Below, in pieces: positions 44,752 to 58,550 of a DNA stretch of 64,000 bases (positions within the stretch are counted from its first letter, which is position 1; every line of letters starts with the position of its first letter). The position numbers were made by a program, and so were the translations under genes. The notes under the pieces are model-generated. The model was not told where the DNA came from and searched no databases. It saw only the letters and a list, made by a program, of their open reading frames with translations. This DNA is from Paecilomyces variotii (Eukaryota): assembly GCA_004022145.1 (NCBI GenBank), contig RCNU01000001.1; one strand, given 5' to 3'.

Positions 44752-47700
44752 ATGACCTTCCCTCCCCCTCCCCCTTCCACTCAATCATCGATTGCTTCTG
44801 GCACCGATAAGTCCTCTTCTACCAGGTCTGCAAGATCTCAACAGTCACCTTGGGGTTCTGCGCCTCAGTCCAGTCTACGCCGTGGGTTGACGCCGCTCGC
44901 AACCGCGAATCTTTCGTCTGCGTCCGCCGCCGCAGCATCAGCTCGTCGCTCGACTCAATCGAGTAGTCCCGGTGCAGGTTTCTCGACGACGTCTCCCTTG
45001 ACGTCTAGCTTCTCGTCGATCTTGAACTCGGCAAACAGGCTTCCAGGGAGCCGTAGCGGCCCTTCCCCGGTCTCGACACCGTCGCCTTTTACATCCCTTC
45101 AAACTGGCTCGCAGCAACACCAGCCGGGCCAGTCTCTCTCCTCTCCAAAATCGAGGGCCTTGACGCCGTCTTCAGCGTCGCATCTGGCTTCCGCAACCGT
45201 GGGCGGAGGAGGCAGCGGGGGCGGTGGTGGGACGGGACCCTCGAGAGGTGCAGCCTTCTCGCCGTTGTCATCGGGTCCAACCGTTAACTCACCCACGGGC
45301 TTCTCTTCGGATAAGCCAGGATCTGGTGTAAACACAAGCCAGTCTTCTCTGACGAAGATATCGGTAGCCCAGGTTTTCCTTCTGCTGGACTCCATCACCG
45401 AAAAAGAAGGGAAAGAGAAGTGGGAAACCAAAGCCGCTCAAATCCATAAGGTGCGCACCCTGATCCCTGTTGCAACAAGGCTAGATTAGAGGGAACTGAC
45501 AGCTCTTAGCTTGTGGATTCGAACGGGATGGAGGTTTTTTCCAAATATTTCCGCCGACTTGTGACTGGCAACGCTCCTCAGATCTTCCCCGGCACCAACA
45601 AAGCCGTGGAGAATGCCGGAAACTACCCCCTTCTAGTGCAGGAGATGCAAAAGGCCACACAAGATTTGGATCAGGCACAAAGAATTGCAGAGACAATAGA
45701 TACATCAGATGGTGATATCTTTCGAGACTTCGATCTCTCCACATTCCTAGACCACTTCAAGCTTGACCCGTTGGCAAAGGTCTCCTTGGCACTGGCTTTC
45801 AAGACAGCAAACAAGTCTGACTTGCGTGCAAAAGGTGAGCGACAGTCTCTGGAAGATGATTGTCAAAGATAGATTGCTGACCTCATACTAGCTGATGCGA
45901 TCTTGACGAACTCGACGCCCCAGTTCTTGCAGAGTCTGGCTACGCCATCTGATGTTAACAAGGACTTCAGCGCTTCGTTCCTCGGCCTCACGATTGAACG
46001 CTTTATCCTCTATCCGCCGCGCAATTTCAATGAAGATGTGAAGACGAAACTGATATATGCGGCCAGTCTGCGATACCAGAAACTCGGATCAGATATCCCT
46101 CCCGAGATATCATCTGGTCTACAGATGCTGCATTTCATCAATCCTCGTCTCGTCCTTGTACGTCAGCTCCACTCCAGGGGACCGAAGGCCACTTCAAGCC
46201 AGGATGCAGTGAATGAGGCCATAACCGCTGCCGGTTCGGATAGTTGGAGCGAAGAGCACATCGGCAATGCTCTGCTCTTCATGGTTCTGTCACAGTATTT
46301 CCGGGACTATTCACTGGAGACATTCCTTAAAGCTGTCCAGGCACACTACGCCGAGAAACGGATTAACTGGTCCACCATTCTGCGGCAGTTTGACCGTGAA
46401 GGACTCCGCATTGATGCAGAACCATTCGCGAAGCTATATTCAGCGTTACTGACGGTAGCAGTGGGGGATTCTGCCTTAGACGTCCAAAGACTCTGGGGTG
46501 GTGACTGGGAACATCGTGATGCTCAGATTTCTTTCCTGACGGCATTCATCATATCTGGCGTGGATGTCACCCAGATCCCCAACCTGAGAGCTACCTTCCA
46601 AGCGGATCTGTTCGCAGATGGTCCGGAGCCTGTTCGTCTCCGTGGCGAACGCGCTGTCAAGTCTCCGCTACGCTCTCTAGATGCCATGAGAGCTATCTTT
46701 GATCTGGCCCTGTTTTCACAGGCATCATGGGCGACTGCTGAAAGTCAGCTGTTAATTAAGTCGGTTGTCCAGCATGACCTCCCCGTTTTCCTTTGTTCGA
46801 CGCTGGCTCTGCCGCAGCCTTGGACAAGCGTGCAGCAGAGCTTCGTGCTACGTACCCTCGTTGTTTTCCTCTTAAAACAAGAGGAAGGCTATCAACTTGC
46901 GCTCCATGGCGTCTGGAAACAGGACAGGCAATGGGTTGCAGAGCAACTCTTCACGACGTTCACACAGGATCCGACGACTACTGCCGCCATCTACGAACAT
47001 GCTGTTGAGTACGGCTGGCTAGACTACCTTCTTGGTTTCACCAATGGTCTTGCTATAGATCTTGCCTCTCTGGCCCATCGAAAGGGTTCCTTCGACCTGG
47101 AACAGTGGGTCCGCAACGCAGCCCAGAAAGGACCTATGGATATGGGTAGTCTCCTGTCAAAGTTTCTAAGGATCAAGGCCGAGGATGAACTTCATGTCCA
47201 GAGAAAGGAACAGCCAGCTCCGCAAATGGTGAGCTTATCTGTCAAGACGGTCTTCACTCTTCTGTCAATTCTGGAGGAATACGTCGGCGACCGTGAGAAC
47301 CTTACGCCCGTGCAGCGAATCTGTATCCAGACCTATCCTAGATTGATCAACTATGGAGAGGGATTTGATGACATTATCGATGCTAATGGCGAGAACGGAA
47401 ACGCACTGCCTGAAGTCATCGACAAGCAGATGCAGGAACTGTTCGGCAAAATGTACCATGAAGAGCTGTCACTACGGGAGATACTCGAGTTAATGAGACG
47501 CTACAAGAATTCACGTGATCCCGCGGAGCAAGATCTGTTCGCCTGCATGGTTCATGGACTCATCGACGAGTATCATTGTTACCATGAATACCCATTGGAG
47601 GCCTTGACCAAGACCGCCGTTATGTTCGGTGGCATCATCAACTTCAGGCTGATCGACGGTATCCCTCTTAAAGTCGGCTTGGGTATGATCTTGGAAGCAG

Positions 47701-50700
47701 TTCGGGACCATGAGCCACATGACCCGATGTACAAGTTTGGTGTCGAAGCGATTGAGCAACTGATCGCCCGTCTCCCGGAATGGGTTGGATTTTGCCACCT
47801 CTTGCTCCAAATCCCAAGCCTCCATGGCACGACCATCTCACAAAAGGCAGAGGAGGTACTACGGGAACAGGGCAACCAAGCCGCCAGTGAAGCAGAGCTG
47901 GCGAGACTCAATGGTGTTTCTGACGGACAGGTGGCCATAAATGGCAACGTCGATGAGCTGATGGCATCTGACGGCGCGTCTCGCAAGTTCCGCTCGCTCC
48001 ATGTCGATCCACCACTACGTCCTGATATCTATCGGGATCCAGACGAAGAGGTGCAGGACAAGATCCTCTTCGTCTTGAACAATGTGTCAGAGCAGAATAT
48101 CGAGGTAAAGCTGAAGGATCTTAAGGACGTTCTTCGTGATGAACACCACCAGTGGTTTGCGTCCTATCTTGTCGAGGAGAGAGCGAAGTTGCAACCAAAC
48201 TTTCAACAGCTTTATCTTGATCTTTTAGAGCTCCTCGGTGATAGGACGCTCTGGGCCGAGGTCCTCAGGGAGACCTATGTCAGTGCTATCAGGTTGCTGA
48301 ACGCCGAGTCTACGTTGAACTCGTCAACTGATCGGAGCCATCTCAAAAACCTCGGCGCATGGCTAGGGTCTCTGACCATTGCTAAGGACAAGCCTATCAA
48401 GCATAAGAACATCTATTTCAAAGAGCTTCTTATAGAAGGTTTCGATACACAACGCCTCATGGTTGTGATCCCTTTCACTTGCAAAGTCCTCATCCAGGCG
48501 GCTAAATCCACCATCTTCAGACCGCCCAACCCCTGGCTGATGGACATTCTTGCTCTACTATTGGAGCTTTATCACTTTGCTGAGCTCAAGTTGAACCTCA
48601 AATTCGAGATCGAGGTTCTCTGCAAAGATCTGGAGCTCGATCACAAGGCCATTGAACCTTCTACGTGCATCAGAGACCGTGCCGCTCATGCTGAAGATGG
48701 CATATCCACTGCCAACATCCCCGAGGGCTTGGAAGCATTCGAAGATATGTCGCTTGCGGCCATTAACCAGGGAATGCGGAACGAGAGGCTCTCGCCAGCT
48801 GCCATCATGTCATCGCTGCCCAGCTTGGACAAGATCCTTGTCTTCCCATCGTCGGCAAGCAGCATGGTCGACCCGAACGTGCTCAGACAGATCGTTCACA
48901 GCGCAGTTGAGCGAGCCATTGCTGAAATCATAACGCCTGTTGTAGAACGCTCTATAACAATTGCTTCGATATCGACCGTTCAGCTGGTGTCGAAGGATTT
49001 CGCTATGGAACCCGACGAGGAGAAGGTTCGTCACGCCGCTCAAATCATGGTCCGCCAACTTGCTGGTAGTCTGGCCTTGGTGACTTGTAAAGAGCCTCTG
49101 AAAATGAGCATGACAAACTACATCCGGATGATCCAACAGGAGTATTCTGAGCAGCCCATGCCAGAAGGCTTAATACTCATGTGCGTCAATGACAACCTAG
49201 ATGCTGCCTGTGGTATCGTCGAGAAAGCAGCGGAAGAGAAGGCCATCCCGGAGATTGAGAAGGTCATTGAGCCTCAACTAGAAGCACGCAGGAGGCACAG
49301 AGCAACGCGTCCGAATGAACCGTTCATCGATCCTTCTATGAATCGCTGGGGCTTGTTCATTCCTGAGCCCTACAGACAGGTTCCTGGAGGCCTCAACAAA
49401 GAACAGCTCGCAATATACGAGGACTTTGCTCGCCAATCAAGAGGACCAGTATCCGCGCACCTTCAAAGTATTTCGACCGATTCAGGTAGACAGCTGCCAG
49501 ATGTTCTTCAGGAATCTTACCCGGCTATTCCTAACCTCTCCACTCCTGCTGAACAGCCTGCTGTTCCTCACCAGACACCGCAAGCGCAGCAAGATGCCCG
49601 TCTCCCGCAATCCGGTGTGGTCGGTGCCCAGCCGCAGCTAAACGGTTTCCTCGAGGCACAGAGCCCCAGGGACAAAATCGATACTCTTGTCTCTGATCTT
49701 CAGCTGGCTGCCCGGAATGCTCCCGAAGAACATATCAAGGAACTCGGCAGGGAAAGCTCGGTCCTGCAGGCTTATAATCAAGTGCTGCGCACCATCCTCT
49801 CCTCCCCGAATGGCGAGGACTTGGCTAGGTTGACCGCTGTCAAGATCTGTACGACATTATATTCCCAAACTGAGCGTTCCCTGGAGATTGAAGTCTTGGT
49901 CCACTTGCTCGCCAAGATCTGCGACATGTCCTCGCTAGTAGCGAGATACACGTGGGCCATTCTTTCGGAAGTGGACGACGAACATATGTTCAATGTCCCT
50001 GTCACAGTTGCTCTCATTGATGCAGGACTGCTCGACCTCCATCGGGTAGACATGATCCTTACGAAGTTGATTCTGCAGAAGAATACTAGTGCCTTAGAGC
50101 TTCTCTCTAACTTGATGGACCATGTTCTTTTCAATGATGAACCATCGGCTCTGCGATCTGATTTCTCTGGAAGCTTGGAAGCCATGAATCAGTGGCTTGT
50201 CGAAGACTCCAGCTTGTCAATTGCCAGTGAAATCATTCGCAAACTGCGCGAATCTGGGGTTCCTGAGGTGGCTGACTCTCTTCTCGGTGATGAGGCGAGG
50301 GCGAAACGCGATCAGATGGAGTATATCTTCAGTGAATGGATCGGTGTCTACAAGTTCCCCGGCGCGACGGATCGGACCTACTACAGTTTCCTGAAGGACA
50401 TGCACCAGAGGCAAGTTATGAATAACCAGGAGGATTCAGCCCTATTCTTCAGGCTGAGCATCGATATCTCGGTTGCCATGTTCGAGCACGAGTTACAGAA
50501 CCCCAACGGTAGTCTCGACGAGGCATTCCTGTACATCGATGCCCTTGCCAAACTTGTTATCTTGTTGGTCAAGTTCCAGGGAGAGAGCACCGGATCTGTC
50601 AAGGCCAGCAAGCCAGCTTACCTTAACTCTATTCTCTCGCTCCTGGTCCTGGTCCTCAATCATCATCAGGTTATGCGTGGTGAGGCCTTCAATCAGAGAG

Positions 50701-51941
50701 TCTTCTTCAGGCTGTTCTCCAGCATCCTTTGCGAATACTCGATGAACGGGCTACAGCAGAGCGACCAACATCAAGATATGATGTTCGCCTTCGCCAACAA
50801 GTTCCTCTCTCTTCAGCCAAAATACGCTCCTGTCTTTGTCTACGGATGGTTGTCTCTAGTTTCGCACCGAGTTTTCATGTCAGGCATGCTGACCATGCCG
50901 GATGAAGCTGGCTGGGGACCTTACTGTGAGATCATGCAGGCCCTACTTTCGTATATCGGCGAACAACTCAAGCCAGCGAACGTTTCATACGTTGCAAAGG
51001 ACCTATACAAGGGTGTTCTGCGTATCCTTTTGATCTTGCATCATGATTTCCCTGAGTTCGTTGCGGAGAATCACTTCCAGTTCTGCAACGTTATCCCGGC
51101 TCATTGTGCCCAACTGCGCAATCTTGTTCTCAGTGCTTATCCTTCCTCTTTCCACAAACTCCCAGACCCTTTCCGAGAAGGTCTCAAAGTCGAGCGGCTC
51201 GAGGAGATAAGGGAAGCCCCGAAGATCGCTGGGGATATCGTTGCTCCTCTCCAGAGGGCCGGCATCAAGAACGTTGTTGACAGTGCACTCCAAAACAACA
51301 ACGCATCCGAAGCTTCTATTCAGCAGATTTGTGAAGCTATCTATAACCCGCCAAGCAAGGGCACTGGTCTCTTCATGATCCCCATCAACGTTGACGTCGT
51401 TCTCGTTAATGCTCTCGTTCTCTACATTGGTCAGAGTGCGGTGTCTGCTGCTGCTTCCAAGGGAAACACCCGAGCCGTATTTGACAGCTCGCCTCATTCC
51501 GCCTTGCTGGAAAGACTTGCCAAAGTCCTTCAACCGGAGGCGCGGTACTACCTGCTGAGTGCCATGGCAAACCAGTTGAGATACCCGAACAGTCACACTT
51601 ACTATTTCAGCTTTGCTATTCTCCATCTCTTTGGAGTGGACTTCTCTGAGCAGCAAGAGTCAGACATTCGTCAGCAGATCATCAGGGTGCTGCTTGAGCG
51701 CCTTATCGTGCACCGGCCGCACCCATGGGGCCTGATCATCACACTCCAGGAACTTCTACAGAACCGGAGCTATACTTTCTTCCGTCTGCCATTCATACAG
51801 GCAGCTCCCGAGGTAAGCACCTACCACAGTATATCAAAATTTCAGAACGGGATAACTAATTATGATCGCCTAAAGATCGGTCGCCTCTTTGATGCTCTTC
51901 TCCAGCACATTCAACAGCAGAGTCCTAGGGCCCTTGCTTAA
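44752..51941 (+). CDS. not1: CCR4-NOT scaffold subunit Not1 (Cdc39); introns ~45451-45509, 45835-45891, 51813-51875
   Basis: YPLEALTKTAVMFG, QDKILFVLNNVS, LKNLGAWLGSLTIAKDKPI, NQLRYPNSHTYYFS, ERLIVHRPHPWGL. Confidence 0.95.
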
Positions 51942-52622
51942 ACGCCTGCGTCGAAGTCTGTATGTTCGACCAGCATTTACTTCCAGCGTCTGCTGGGCGT
52001 GTCTCATTACCTCGCAGGCATCAATGCCTTCCCATATCATATCTAGCTGTTAGCTACTTGCAACAGCATCTTTGACTTGCACACCGGCGCCTTGGTCCAG
52101 TTCGGTACGGAATTACGGTTTATGTTTTTCCAACTTTTATCTTCTTTTGCTGTGGACTATTATGAGAACGTGCGTTGTCTACGACGTGGCCAGTACGAGC
52201 CCCGAAGGCATGAGATCCGCATGATTTCTCGCAATGATTCGACACGTCTTTCCTCGATTTGTGATGAGATGGCACGAAAAAGATCGTTAAAAAGTGTATA
52301 GGCGTAATTGTTGGACTGTACTATAATGATATGGATGCCCCTCTTAATAGACAATTGTACATCTTTCTGCAAATTTAATCTTAAGAAATATCAGTTAGTA
52401 ACAATCTGTATACATGCGATTGCTTTCTAGTCTAGTTATAGGACTCTTTATCGTTGTTACGTTGTAGGACCTCTTGGGGTCGTTTAGCATCGGCGCCGAA
52501 AACTGGAGTGACGTCGGAGCACCCGACTTGTCGTCATTTAGCTTTGGCCCGGACAAACAACCATCTCTGTCCGATGCGAACACCGTGACATGGAAGCCAG
52601 GATGAGGAGACCGGCATACACA

Positions 52623-53949
52623 ATGGATGAGGAGGAGGAAGAGGATATTTCCTCGATTTCCAGAGCAGTGGTAATGATAACCTCAGTGCCTTTCTATGCC
52701 TCAGCTGACTTCATGGCCTCCAGGGTCTCATAGCAAGCCCCTTTCGCGCCGCGATATCCAAGCAAGCACAGAGAGCGTACCTGAGTTCCCTGCTGTTTGC
52801 AAGCGCTTCCATAATTCTGCTGGGCATCGCGGCCGTCTCGTATTGGATATTGTACTTCAGATTTGTTCCGCAAATTGGCCTTGAGCGAGATGTTCATTTG
52901 CAATTCGGGTATGTAGCGCGTTATGCTCGCGCATGGAGCAAGCAGCTCATGACTGGTGAACAATGGCAGTTAGCTAACTCGACATAGTAATGGACACCCT
53001 TGGGGAACTGCCATATTGGACTCCGAATTGGCCTCCCTGCAGGCTTACGACGTGAGCGTTACGCTTGAACTTCCTCGGACCCCGTCCAACCTCGCTGCCG
53101 GCAACTTCATGCTAGACCTCTCCCTATATTCGCGTCCCTCCAAGTCTATAATTACAGCTGCAAATACCTCGACGCAAGTGCTTTCGCATTCCCGTCGCCC
53201 GGCCATACTTACCTACGCATCGTCAGTCGTGGACACGGCCCACAAAGTGTCGCGGTTGCCTTTCTATGTGTTTGGGTGGCGGAGGGAGGCGGAGACATTG
53301 GAAGTGGATATGATGGAACAGGTCGAGTTTGCAAAAGGATGGCGCAACCTTCCGGCAAGTCTCCGGTTGGAGATTCAAAGTACAGAGCGCATGCAGGTCT
53401 ACAGTGCCAAGGTAAAGTTCCTGGCAAGATTTACGGGGCTACGGTATGTACCTTATGATCGCCTGGCAGTCAGTGGTTTCACATACAATACTAACTTGTT
53501 ACAGTTGGTTCATGTATAGGTGGAAGATCACATCGTTCCTCATATTCAGTGGGATGTTCTGGGGTGTGTCCATGGCATCCAGCGCCATTGCCTGGTTAAT
53601 ACTATCGTCCTATCTTGGTTCCGGTGCAAGGGAACCAGAGAAGTCGATAAAGAAGGAAGAACGTGACGATCGCCCAATCAAGACTGAGGAAGAGACAACA
53701 GATAGCGATTCTGACGGTTATCAGGAATCATCGAAGCAGGGGATAGGACGGATCAAACGGGAAGAAGATCCTCACAATGAGGCTCTAGGTGACCCTCATG
53801 CTGCTGAAGCGGACGATGAAGATGACGAAGGACAACAGATCAGGGAAAGTCCAGGAGCGGGCACAGACTCCGGCATTGGCACTAGTCTAGAGAGTGCAAG
53901 TGCGCAAGGCATTCAGCGACGGAGGAGTCGCCTGTTTGGTGGACATTGA
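52623..53949 (+). CDS. Seipin (Fld1/BSCL2) lipid-droplet biogenesis protein, 4 exons
   Basis: VPQIGLERDVHLQFG, QAYDVSVTLELPRTPSNLAAGNFMLDL, RRPAILTYAS, ARFTGLR|WFMY; two TM segments; acidic tail. Confidence 0.88.
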
Positions 53950-54532
53950 GATGGTCACTGATATCGACCAGTGTCGAGAAAAGACATGTTGGTGGACATC
54001 ATTTTCTATGTGTTTGAGATTGGATGGTTTCCTTATTAGGATGTGAGATACCCAATGAAACGATAAATACTTCAATAAACAAACCTTAGTTGTTTGTATG
54101 TTTCTTGATGCGATTGTATCGTATGTAACTATCTGAAACAAACAATGGCTGCATCCTGGTTATAAATACTGCCGCCACATCGTTGTGGCATTCGTGAATT
54201 GAAGCCTTGGAGAAATACGCCAGCAGGGTAAAAGCTTGCTCCAGACCCTACGAACAGCCATGTGACTCGAACATATTATAAATATCATTATCTTTTTACG
54301 TGATTTCCATTTTTATTTTTCCGTCCCAATAACCTGCATCAATACTGAAGAATCGAGCCTCTTTACCGGCGAACTGGTTGTCCTACTCAGTTATTTATCG
54401 ATAAAAGGTGGAGCCACTTTTGGTTCCGCCGTCCGTCGAGAAAAAGGCGGAGAGGGAAAGAGACTGCCGTTTCTGACTTTGCAGGTAACTAGTTACAATC
54501 TCCATTGTACAGTTTGAAAAGGACAAGCAGAG

Positions 54533-57183
54533 ATGCATATCCTGGTAAGTTACTCTTGGCTTTTCTTTATCTCGTCGAGAGCAATCGTCCCTCGTGGAAC
54601 GTTCCCAAGTGCTCAAGGCTGTCTTCGTCTGAGGCGGTAACTAACAGACCCCTCCCCCGCGGTGCAGGTTGTCAACGACGACGGACCCCCGTCGAACGAG
54701 TCTTCGCCCTACGTTCACTCGCTCATTCACAATCTTCAGTCCGCTGGTCATGTCGTCTCCGTCGTCCTGCCGCACCAGCAGCGCTCGTGGATCGGTAAGG
54801 CACACCTTGTTGGCGCATCAGTGACACCGACGTACTTCCGACCCGGTACATTGCACCAGGACGATGGCACAGTACACCACCTACCGCGCGACGAAGATGA
54901 TGATGGCGACGAGTGGATCTTAATCGATTCGACTCCCGCCAGCTGCGTCCAGATCGGACTGTACCATTACTTCCAGGATCGGGGCCCTATAGACGTCGTC
55001 ATATCTGGGCCGAACTACGGACGTAACACGACTGCACTCTTCTCTTTATCAAGTGGCACGATTGGAGGCGCTATGGAGGCTGCTGTATGTGGGAAGAAGG
55101 CTATTGCTCTCTCATATGCCTTCAGTTCGCGGAACCACGATCCCGTCGTCATTGCAGAGGCGTCCAAGCACTCTGTGCGACTGATTGAGTACCTGTGCAA
55201 GAACTGGGCTGATGGTGTCGATCTCTACACCGTCAATGTTCCGCTAGAGCCAGGTGTCAGTGAGAATAAGATCTTATATACCAACATGCTAGATAACCGA
55301 TGGTCGTCCGGCAGCTGTTTCCAAGCCACCGATGCTGAAGCCTCTGGAGAAGGCCCAGAGGTTCAGGAGCACAAGCTTCGACTGGCCGGCGAAACTGGGG
55401 AACTCAGTGCGAACGGATCAGCGGACGGTGAGCCGAAAAAGAAGTCGAAGATTCAGCATAAGCATTTTAAGTGGGCACCCAACTTCGCGGACGTGTATAG
55501 AAGCGTGGAGGAGAGTCAACCTGGAAATGACGGCTGGGCAGTGAAGGAAGGGATGACTAGGTATGTTGGATCTTCTCGCGCTTCTTTCAGTAACGCGTAT
55601 TAATGGATTGCGACTAGTGTTACTCCTCTCAAGGCCAATTTCATGCATATACCCGGATTCACTCAGGGGGAGATCAAGTTGTGAGTGGAAATCTTGGGCC
55701 AACGAATCTTGACGACTTGCTGTTTTAAAGTACCTGGACGTTCTCCGTTATAGATATCTAGATATGATAATAGATATCCCGCTGTTGCTCTTTTATTTCT
55801 GCGAGCATTTTCTGCGAGCATTTTCACTCCGTCTCTTAACATGCGAGGTATAGTTCTGATTGTTTCCTTCTTCCTTCTAGATCAGGAACCCATGCACCGG
55901 CTCTCTACTACTTGGTGGAACTAGATTCCCCATACGTACAGCCACTGATAGAGAACGCATTGCGGAATCGACTACGAGGAACAGTCTGCCAGGCGATATC
56001 CTCCCTTTCCGATCTCCCGGACTCCTCAGCCCCCGTACTACAATACCGGGAATATGAGAAGTTGGATTTCGAACACGCCCTTGCACATCCTTCTTCGTCA
56101 TTGATCAACTCCTTTGTCATCCGCAAGGCTCTGATCCGGAAGCATTACCTTTCCAATACAGTTGCCAATTGGATTTCCAAACACCCTGATAGTATCCTCC
56201 GGAAACATGTGAAACCAGCCGTGGACTTTGAGGTTGACTACGCTGAATTTCTCGATGAAGCCCTCATGGAGGCTTACGAGCTGCGCGAGAGCTTGGAAGC
56301 TAATGAGAGCAAGGCTGAGCAAGATAAAGAGTGGTGGATTCTAAAACCAGGGATGAGCGATCGAGGACAGGGAATCCGCCTCTTCAATAGCGAGGCTCAG
56401 CTGCAAGCGATTTTTGAAGAGTGGGAGGAAGATGAATCTGATGAGGAGGATGACGAGGCCAAAGTTGGAGCTGAGCCTTCGGTGGATGAGAACGCTACCA
56501 AGAATGAACAGGGAGTCGTGACCTCTCAACTGCGCCATTTCATCGCTCAGCCTTATATCGATCCTCCCCTTCTTTTACCGTCTGCATCCAACAGGAAGTT
56601 TCATATCCGCACCTATGTCCTTGCCGCGGGTTCTTTGAAGGTCTATGTATTCAGGGAAATGCTGGCTCTGTTCTCTGGAGTGCCATACCAAGCACCTTGG
56701 GAGGAGGAGGATGAGGTGAGAGATCTTGCGAGACACTTGACCAACACCTGCCTTCAGGAAGGAGGCAGCGCCAACGAGGGCAGCGTAAGACGCTTCTGGG
56801 ACCTCGAAGACTCCGCACCTGGGCTACCTTCGAACTGGAAAGACAGCGTGTTTGACCAGATCTGTGCCATCACGGGTGAGATATTCGAGGCAGCAGCCAG
56901 AGGTATGCTTGTCCACTTTCAGACCCTTCCTAATGCTTTCGAGCTCTTCGGCGTGGACTTTCTGGTCGATGACGCTGGAAATGCCTGGTTGCTGGAGCTG
57001 AATGCGTTCCCCGATTTTGGGCAGACTGGCGAGGACCTTAAGGAGACTGTGGTAGGACGTCTATTTGAGGAGGTCGTGGATGTCGTTGTCAAACCATTTT
57101 TCGGACTTGGGGAGGTGCCGCGTCCCGACGACAGCATGGGCCTCAAGCTCGTTGCTAGTTTAGATCTTGGCAGGAAGATCTAG
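54533..57183 (+). CDS. SurE-like phosphatase + tubulin-tyrosine ligase (ATP-grasp) fusion, Pby1-like; introns ~54545-54667, 55561-55617, 55681-55880
   Basis: MHIL|VVNDDG, QRSWIGKAH, SGPNYGRN, SGTIGGAMEA, SVTPL (SurE); RKALIRKHYL, WILKPGMSDRGQGIRLF, RKFHIRTY, HLTNTC, FELFGVDFL, LELNAFPD (TTL); junctions checked in frame. Confidence 0.88.
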
Positions 57184-58550
57184 AGGTTGCCGCCAAGAAA
57201 AAAGGAGATTTGTATTATCAAATATTAGATATGCTTAACTACCATGTAGTTATATATTGCCAGTCATGGTCGCAAAACCTCCAAAATGGAAGCCTACAGA
57301 TTTACTTGTTAACTACAAGCTCTGCAAAACCAAGCTAGGGGTTCTCTTGCCTGCAGCACAATCGAATGCTCAGCAAGCATCACTTGCCCTCCGTGAACTC
57401 GATGTCTGTACACTCTTTCTCCATCTGCGAGAGATCACAGCAGAAATGTGATCTTGCTCAGCACAGGAGAGCGGTGGATAGTTATCTGGCCGATGTAAAT
57501 AAGCGGTGACGACGCAAGACGTGAAACACATCAAGCTTGGTGAAGGTAAAAGAGCCACTCACCCAGTCAAGCGAATAAGACAATATGATTTTATGCACAT
57601 CAAGGGCGGTCAATCTCTCTGTAGTTCAGTTTATGCACTCTCTCTCGCCTATATACGAACTTGGATAAGATAGTTGTGCTTAATTTCTGTGATATTGTGG
57701 CGTCAAAATTGGATTCATGAGTGGCTTGTGCAAACTGCGCTAGATTATATGCAGGGAGCCAATAGTGTTTTTCTTAATCGTTCCGTGCTGGCCTATCCTT
57801 TCGAAAATGAGGCGGTTTTTCCTTCCTGGGGACGCGGCTATCAAGCAGGCAGTGACGATCTTCGCATCGTCCCCCTTCTGAGCATTGATTGTCATCTCGT
57901 TGACATAACTAGGTGGATCTGAGAAAGGGCCCTTTGTCAGCGTCAGAGCTTTCTTCGTGAATCCTGGGGAGTGATACGTGTCTCCTGTTGAGTTCTGTGG
58001 GGAGTGGAAGATAGTCAACACGAAGAAGCCTACCTTGGTGCGTGATCGAGCAGATATATAATACCAAACAACAGAGAAACAAAACCCCCCAGACTTAGGA
58101 AGTTCCCATCAACTTCCCTGGACCGTGAATGAGCAGTGGAAACGCATGTAGAGTCATTGAAGGCAGGCTCAGTCTATGTTGTCTTTCACTTGTCGGTAAA
58201 GGCCTCCCAGCTGCCCAACCTGGATCCAGATTGGGAACTTGGAAGTTTCGCACCTTCCTTCAGATAACCCGCAAGACTCCTCCAGATCGAGCGCGCACTC
58301 TACCTTGTTCTCTCATCTCGATAAATAATTGCTGATAAATAACAATCCCGTTCATACGAGACTCTTCAAGAATTTCTCACATTCAACTTGGCGCACTGTA
58401 TGACAGTTCACATAAGAGCTAAGATCCTGGCAGCCCGCGCTCTTCTTCAAAGACACGAAGCCAGTGTATTCGTTCCTTGACGTCGAGGACGAGTAGCCTA
58501 AAAAAGAGGCAGTTCTTCGATTTATATGATACCCCGTAACCCACGGCAAA

